From the NCBI GenBank assembly GCA_021851895.1, contig JAJZQJ010000004.1, positions 9,127-73,126 of the forward strand: a stretch of 64,000 bases of DNA, in the 5' to 3' direction. This DNA comes from a bacterium. Lineage in GTDB: Bacteria; Patescibacteriota; Minisyncoccia; Phycocordibacterales; UBA6899. Shown piece after piece: positions 59,427 to 64,000 of the stretch (positions are counted from its first letter, which is position 1; each line of letters begins with the position of its first letter). The notes under the pieces are model-generated. The model worked only from the letters and a program-made list of their open reading frames with translations, did not search any database and was not told where the DNA came from. The position numbers were made by a program, and so were the translations under genes.

Positions 59427-59675
59427 GTGAGCAAACACGAGATCGAAATCAACCTGGAACAGATCCCCCTGGAGGGTGACACCCTCAACGCGAAGGTCAA
59501 GGTGCCCGCGAAGCTGGTGGAGACCCTCGGGGCCACCGTCGCCGACATCGCCGAGAGCCAGGGCATCTCCCTCAAGGGCAAGAACATCTACGTCAACGGC
59601 AAGCACGCCAACGAGAGCACTGTGGTGACGGGCAATGACACCGTCCGCTTCACTGAGCGCCCGAAGAGCTCTTAA
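59427..59675 (+). CDS. small beta-grasp (ubiquitin-like / ThiS-MoaD-like) protein, GTG start, C-terminus ...TERPKSS (no terminal Gly-Gly)
   Basis: 82 aa; ...KGKNIYVNGKHANESTVVTGNDTVRFTE resembles the VNG...v..GD.V pattern of sulfur-carrier/Ubl proteins; aaggagg RBS 5 nt before GTG; 10 nt after E1 stop. Confidence 0.4.
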   Translation: MSKHEIEINLEQIPLEGDTLNAKVKVPAKLVETLGATVADIAESQGISLKGKNIYVNGKHANESTVVTGNDTVRFTERPKSS

Positions 59676-59687
59676 GTTCTTATCAAT

Positions 59688-59714
59688 ACGACTCCGCTAC
59701 GGCGGAGTTTTTCA
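59688..59714 (+). terminator. rho-independent terminator ending the three-gene cassette
   Basis: actccgctacggcggagttttt. Confidence 0.7.
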
Positions 59715-59730
59715 TTGTGGATAACTTTTG

Positions 59731-59759
59731 TTGACGGTAATTACAAATGCAATATAATA
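59731..59759 (+). promoter_or_regulatory. promoter TTGACG-17-TATAAT followed by two hairpin+T-run structures (59763-59795, 59803-59835) in the leader of the next gene
   Basis: hexamers; hairpins aggaggcgtcgcctct+tttttt and aagaagagagtcaacgtctcttctt+tattt. Confidence 0.45.
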
Positions 59760-59857
59760 ACATTATTGGAGGAGGCGTCGCCTCTCTTTTTTGTCCAAAA
59801 ATTTTGGATGAAGAAGAGAGTCAACGTCTCTTCTTTATTTAGTTCTTAATAATTTCT

Positions 59858-60553
59858 ATGAAAGAAAAACATTCCGATGTGCATGTGCTTATGATTGCGG
59901 CGCTTCTCTTGGTCGCTGCGAGTGCGGTCATTCAGACCGCGATTGGATTGCAGTCCGATAAATTAAGTGCAGTAAGGTCACAGCAGATGTTTGCAGCGGT
60001 CGTCGCATCCTCTGCTGCATCGACGAATCCTCGCCTGCTTCAATTCGTCAACCAGACTATGAAAGTGGAAGTCAACGAGAAAGGAGACGCGACGCTTCGC
60101 GGTGTCGCCTATGCTGTCTCTGGTAATGCGGTGATTCTTCATACGTGGGGTGGGGATTGGCGTATCTTGCTTTCTCCTGCGACGAAGTACGCGGGTATCG
60201 CGAGACAAGCAAGCGCATCAGCGATAAAGCCGGGGGACATACTACAAGTAAAGGGTTTGGCGAGTGTTGCTACGCCGAATGTTGTCGCAGCTCAATTCGT
60301 CTACGATTTTACCTTGCCGCAAATAAAGGGCGCGAAGCTGATTATCCCATTTGAAGAGAAGGTCATATCGTCAGATTCGGTCCTTACAAACGGAACAGTC
60401 GCCACGAATACGGTGAATATCACTCAGCCTCGTCCCGAAGTTGAGTCTCCGATGATGAAGCAGAACACGAAGGGAGATATCGGTGTCGTGCCGAATCTCG
60501 ACGCTCGTTCTATGAACGACATGAAGGCACGATTGCAGAAATTGATGGAATAA
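59858..60553 (+). CDS. hypothetical exported/membrane-anchored protein
   Basis: N-terminal hydrophobic signal-anchor VHVLMIAALLLVAASAVIQTAIG. Confidence 0.5.
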   Translation: MKEKHSDVHVLMIAALLLVAASAVIQTAIGLQSDKLSAVRSQQMFAAVVASSAASTNPRLLQFVNQTMKVEVNEKGDATLRGVAYAVSGNAVILHTWGGDWRILLSPATKYAGIARQASASAIKPGDILQVKGLASVATPNVVAAQFVYDFTLPQIKGAKLIIPFEEKVISSDSVLTNGTVATNTVNITQPRPEVESPMMKQNTKGDIGVVPNLDARSMNDMKARLQKLME

Positions 60554-60565
60554 TACTTTTAACAT

Positions 60566-60593
60566 AAAAACACAGCCCGTACGCTGTGTTTTT
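60566..60593. terminator. bidirectional terminator
   Basis: aaaaacacagcccgtacgctgtgttttt. Confidence 0.75.
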
Positions 60594-61068
60594 ATGTTGC
60601 GAGTGGATGACTTTCTGCGTCGACACCTCCTTCGCGAAGGGACCGTACAGTGCGTGCATAGCGTTTTGCTATGACGATCTTTCCCGGACCGAGAAGGCAG
60701 ACTGCCGTCGTTGCCGCGAGGATGAGCAGTGAATATTCATAACCGCCATTCTCGACGAAGAATCCACGTCCACCTTGTGTGAGGAACATCGTAAAAAAGG
60801 TGATCGTGGCTTGGGTTGCTGCAGCGAGCTCGACGACAAAACCTGAGAGCATCATGATGCCCGAGAGTAATTCGATGGTTGCGATGATGAGACCAAGTGC
60901 CCCAGGGACGCCATAAGCCGTGAACGCATCAATCGTGTCATTAGCAAAAGCGATCATGATAGCCGCGTGAGCAACGAAGATGAATGCGAGCACGAAGCGA
61001 AGGAAGAACACCGCGAGGTCGAATTTGTGTGTTCGAGCGAAGAGCTTGTATTGTTCGATTTTCTCCAT
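60592..61068 (-). CDS. DoxX-family membrane protein
   Basis: 4-TM DoxX pattern FFLRFVLAFIFVAHAAIMIAF... Confidence 0.65.
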   Translation of the reverse strand: MEKIEQYKLFARTHKFDLAVFFLRFVLAFIFVAHAAIMIAFANDTIDAFTAYGVPGALGLIIATIELLSGIMMLSGFVVELAAATQATITFFTMFLTQGGRGFFVENGGYEYSLLILAATTAVCLLGPGKIVIAKRYARTVRSLREGGVDAESHPLAT

Positions 61069-61077
61069 GTTCAGTGG

Positions 61078-61269
61078 TTAGCCTTTTATGCCGCGGTCGC
61101 TGTGTTTCACACGTACACCATGACCAGCGCGATTCTGTAGTTTGATCTTGTTGTCCCATTTTGGCGAATGGCATTTCGCGCAGAATTTCGGTCTTGGGAC
61201 GCGTGGGATATATTGCGCAGCACAGTTCGCGCAATTGATCTCGCGATAGGGGAAATTTACATTGCTCAT
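61078..61269 (-). CDS. small zinc-ribbon protein (hypothetical)
   Basis: CANCAA...CAKCHSP, 63 aa. Confidence 0.35.
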   Translation of the reverse strand: MSNVNFPYREINCANCAAQYIPRVPRPKFCAKCHSPKWDNKIKLQNRAGHGVRVKHSDRGIKG

Positions 61270-61387
61270 ATGTATTTTATTACTTTACAATAGTATAGCA
61301 TGAAGATGCGAAGACGTCGGCATGGTGAGTGGATATCTTTCATGTAAAGCGTTTATTGTTTCCCATTCGGCATTTTTACGTTAGTAT

Positions 61388-61843
61388 ATGTCTGCGATGG
61401 CGAATTTGATCGAGCATAGACGAGTGCGTTTTGATTTCGAACTCCAGAAGACCTATGAAGCAGGTATGGAGCTTCTTGGTGGTGAGGTGAAATCCCTGCG
61501 CGCGCATCACGGCAAACTCGAGGGTGCTCATGTGACTGTTCGCGGGGGAGAAGCATATCTCATCGGTATGGAAATTCCTCCCTATCAATCACAGCCGATC
61601 TCCGAAGGATATGAGGCACAGCGCAATCGCAGGTTGCTCCTCAATAAAACAGAGCTTCGTGAATTAAGCGAAGCGGAGGAAACAAGAGGGTTGACAATAG
61701 TGCCAATTGCAGTGTATAATAAAGGGCGCGTTATCAAGATTTCCATCGCAATTGCGAAGGGAAAGAAGAAGGGTGATAAGCGCGAAACCATCAAAAAGCG
61801 TGAGGCGGAGCGAGAGATCGCCCGCGCCATGAAGATACGCTAG
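61388..61843 (+). CDS. smpB: SsrA-binding protein SmpB
   Basis: RVRFDFELQKTYEAGMELLGGEVKSLRAHHGKLEGAHVTVRGGEAYLIGMEI matches SmpB. Confidence 0.85.
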   Translation: MSAMANLIEHRRVRFDFELQKTYEAGMELLGGEVKSLRAHHGKLEGAHVTVRGGEAYLIGMEIPPYQSQPISEGYEAQRNRRLLLNKTELRELSEAEETRGLTIVPIAVYNKGRVIKISIAIAKGKKKGDKRETIKKREAEREIARAMKIR

Positions 61844-61915
61844 ATAGCTTGATCGTGCTTTAAGATTATTTTAGCTAATACTGAGTGTTGTAAAATACGC
61901 CAGCATTAGCGCGCA

Positions 61916-62022
61916 CAGATTTTGGATGCAGGTACCCTCCGCTGGAGCCAAGCGAACTCAAGCGAGCCGTACGTTGGTACGGTGAGTGAGTCGCTTGGCG
62001 AAGCGAGGGTATATGCGCCAAA
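61916..62022 (-). repeat. long-hairpin dispersed repeat, copy E (inverted orientation)
   Basis: reverse complement reads ...tcaccgtaccaacgtacggctcgcttgagttcgcttggctccagcggaggg...atccaaaatct, matching copies A-D. Confidence 0.75.
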
Positions 62023-62039
62023 ATATGTGTGCGACTACT

Positions 62040-62428
62040 GGGGATGACTTGGCTTCGACAAGTTGACTCGTAGTGAATCGTGCGTGCCGGAGATGCCGAT
62101 TGTCTCCGCAAAAACATCGGTAAACCATAAGTGCAAACAAAAGCACCGGAGTTGCTTCACCATATTTTGGTGCCAAGGACTTCTCATTCGCATACGCATA
62201 ATTGCGGCGACGTGGCATAGGGAGGACTCCTTATAGGCTCTATCCCACGATCACTTCATAAGGATAGGTGACTTCCGTACGATAAGTCATTCGAACATTA
62301 AGTACTCGTGTTGAGTGAATTTTGTTTCTTTCATATCACTCTTCATTAAACACTTAAAGAAACTACGCCCGTAGAAACATTCATTACTTCGATTTGGACG
62401 GGGGTTCAATTCCCCCCATCTCCACAAA
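62040..62428 (+). ncRNA. ssrA: tmRNA (SsrA); predicted tag ANKSTGVASPYFGAKDFSFAYA; CCA not encoded
   Basis: 5' ggggatgacttggcttcgaca..., 3' ...ggacgggggttcaattccccccatctcca; resume codon GCA then ORF ending ...FAYA taa; terminator 62432-62468; adjacent to smpB. Confidence 0.8.
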
Positions 62429-62858
62429 ATGACCACCCAGAAGCGAAAGCTTCTGGGTGGTTTCATTTTGCAGAGATGTGGGGAATTGAAAGACGGAGCC
62501 GGGTACCGTCACCCGGCGCAAGATTTATCCGAGCTTCGCTCGTGATAAATCCAGCCGCGTGCACGGTCGGCGAGTCGGGGTCGCGAGTACTTAGGCTTTT
62601 GACGTCTCGCAGAGCGTCAAAAGACTTAGTAACTTGTGACCGATGCCCCCATCTCTTATTTAGTGCGGCTTTGCGCTCAATGAAACTCAAACCGGAACGG
62701 TTTTACGTTTCCCTTATGTATTGTAATCTATTTAGTGACGAAGGGGCGATTCCCATTCCTGTTCTGCATGGCTTTACGCTCAATGAGTCAAAAACCCGAA
62801 GGGTTTTTCTGCTCCTTAATGCATTGCAATTAAAAAGCAGCCCCTAGGCTGCTCTCTC

Positions 62859-63527
62859 TTATCTCAATACCCGCGCCTCATACAGCGCTTGGATCAACTT
62901 CGTCCTATCCTTGTTCCCATCGAACATTCTTTCTCTGACCTGTTCATGATCGAGGCTTACTCCTTTATCCTCACGATGGAGCGCATCGTAGTAATCCGCG
63001 ATCGCGAGGATCCGTCCGTACTCCATGATGAGCAGCTTGTTTGCCTCATCGTATTCGTGGAGTGGGAAGGGGAGCTTTTTCGGATACCCATTCATCTGGA
63101 ACCGATGGTGGAGGACGATCACTTCTGCGGTGAAGTCGAGCCTCCCGCGCAGGATGCGATAGCCATCCATCACATGCAGGCGCATCCGTGCAGCATCCCC
63201 ACCATGCCAGCCACAGGTTTTTCCGAGCACCTCAGGAGGGCTCTGTACCTTCCCGAGATCGTGCAGGGCGCCTGCGAAGAGCAGTGGCTTCTCCTCATGA
63301 TGAATGAACCTGCCGATATCACGGCACAGGAGTCCCACTCGGAGCATGTGCAGATAGTGCTTGTGTGTGTGTTCATTCTTTTCACGCAGCGGCGAAAGGA
63401 GCGCATCGATCGTGCATTTATCTTCATTGCGGATGCCTACTTCATTACATGCGAGATCGAACAGGACTTCCGTCGTGTGTCTTGTCATGCATACCTCGTT
63501 ACGTTGTTTCTCATCGTACATTCCCAT
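62859..63527 (-). CDS. HD-domain phosphohydrolase
   Basis: H...HD...D pattern: HKHYLHMLRVG...GALHDLGK...; terminator 62832-62855. Confidence 0.65.
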   Translation of the reverse strand: MGMYDEKQRNEVCMTRHTTEVLFDLACNEVGIRNEDKCTIDALLSPLREKNEHTHKHYLHMLRVGLLCRDIGRFIHHEEKPLLFAGALHDLGKVQSPPEVLGKTCGWHGGDAARMRLHVMDGYRILRGRLDFTAEVIVLHHRFQMNGYPKKLPFPLHEYDEANKLLIMEYGRILAIADYYDALHREDKGVSLDHEQVRERMFDGNKDRTKLIQALYEARVLR

Positions 63528-63595
63528 ATCGTCTTCGCCTTGTCAATTCGTGTGATTTACAGTAGTCTTCTCGCTAGAATAAAGTGGAGGCTCTA

Positions 63596-64000
63596 TGCCG
63601 ATGCCTGAACCGAGACCTGCGTATCACAAGCATCCTGATTCAGGAGTTCCTCTCTACGGTATCCTCCTGAAGCCAGGAATGCGACTCTGGTCAAGTGATT
63701 TGCATGCGAGCATAAGCGGTGACTGGGAGCCGAATCCATTTCCTCCTGGCGTGCTGCTGCTCGAGAATGACGACAAGCGATGGGTACGACCAGTACCCGA
63801 AGGCGTGACCTCGAGTCTCGAATATGTGCCCGGCAACTATCGGCATCCGAAGTCGTCGGCACAGATCATCGGCACGGCAATCCTGCCGGGCACGCTGCTG
63901 CATCCCGGCGACGTGTACTCCGATCCGAATGGCAAGTGGGAATCCTGTCCCTGCCCAGGAGTTGTGCTTGAGTCGATTTCAGGTGGCGTGATTTGGATCC
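63596..64000 (+). CDS. hypothetical protein, 3' end beyond window (partial)
   Basis: open frame from ATG 63596 to window end; not in the ORF track because it has no stop. Confidence 0.3.

Noticed and set aside
59427-59675. Calling the 82-aa protein ThiS/MoaD sulfur carrier
   Set aside because: No C-terminal Gly-Gly and no thiamine or molybdopterin genes nearby. Context with E2-like and E1 genes favours a Ubl role, though this is still unproven.
62470-62500. att site / integrated element at the tmRNA 3' end
   Set aside because: The echo of the tmRNA 3' end is inverted rather than direct. No integrase or phage genes appear in the ~1.5 kb remaining. It is noted as a finding only as a curiosity.

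Overview
This 64-kb window looks like it comes from a small-genome bacterium of the CPR/Patescibacteria type, using the standard genetic code. Supporting signs are r-proteins with low-complexity tails, no rpmD between rpsE and rplO, many type IV pilin-like genes and delta-60 repeats. Core content: an r-protein cluster rpsS->secY, in which the S10-operon genes upstream of rpsS are absent and the spc part is split by a 2.8-kb non-ribosomal insert between rplE and rpsN. Also present are an unlinked 23S-5S rRNA operon with twin consensus promoters and degenerate post-5S tandem repeats, rplJ-rplL, metG, infC-rpmI-rplT, smpB plus tmRNA, queA, map, adk and ndk. Accessory content: six prepilin-type genes (one fused to a delta-60 beta-propeller), a CsoR-CopA-HMA-permease-cupredoxin copper operon with a separate CDF transporter, and a HerA/VirB4-superfamily ATPase followed by a 1774-aa coiled-coil giant protein. 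There is also a tandem array of four divergent paralogs, and a tightly coupled E2-like / E1-like / beta-grasp (Ubl-like) three-gene cassette. Several families of structured intergenic repeats are not explained by standard annotation: heptamer-built inverted-repeat elements inside r-protein operons, a ~110-nt long-hairpin family with at least 5 copies, and hairpin-bearing tandem repeats. A promoter-driven tRNA-like RNA is also unexplained. No CRISPR array, transposase or integrase was recognised. All coordinates for RNA and regulatory features are approximate (about +/-10-30 nt).
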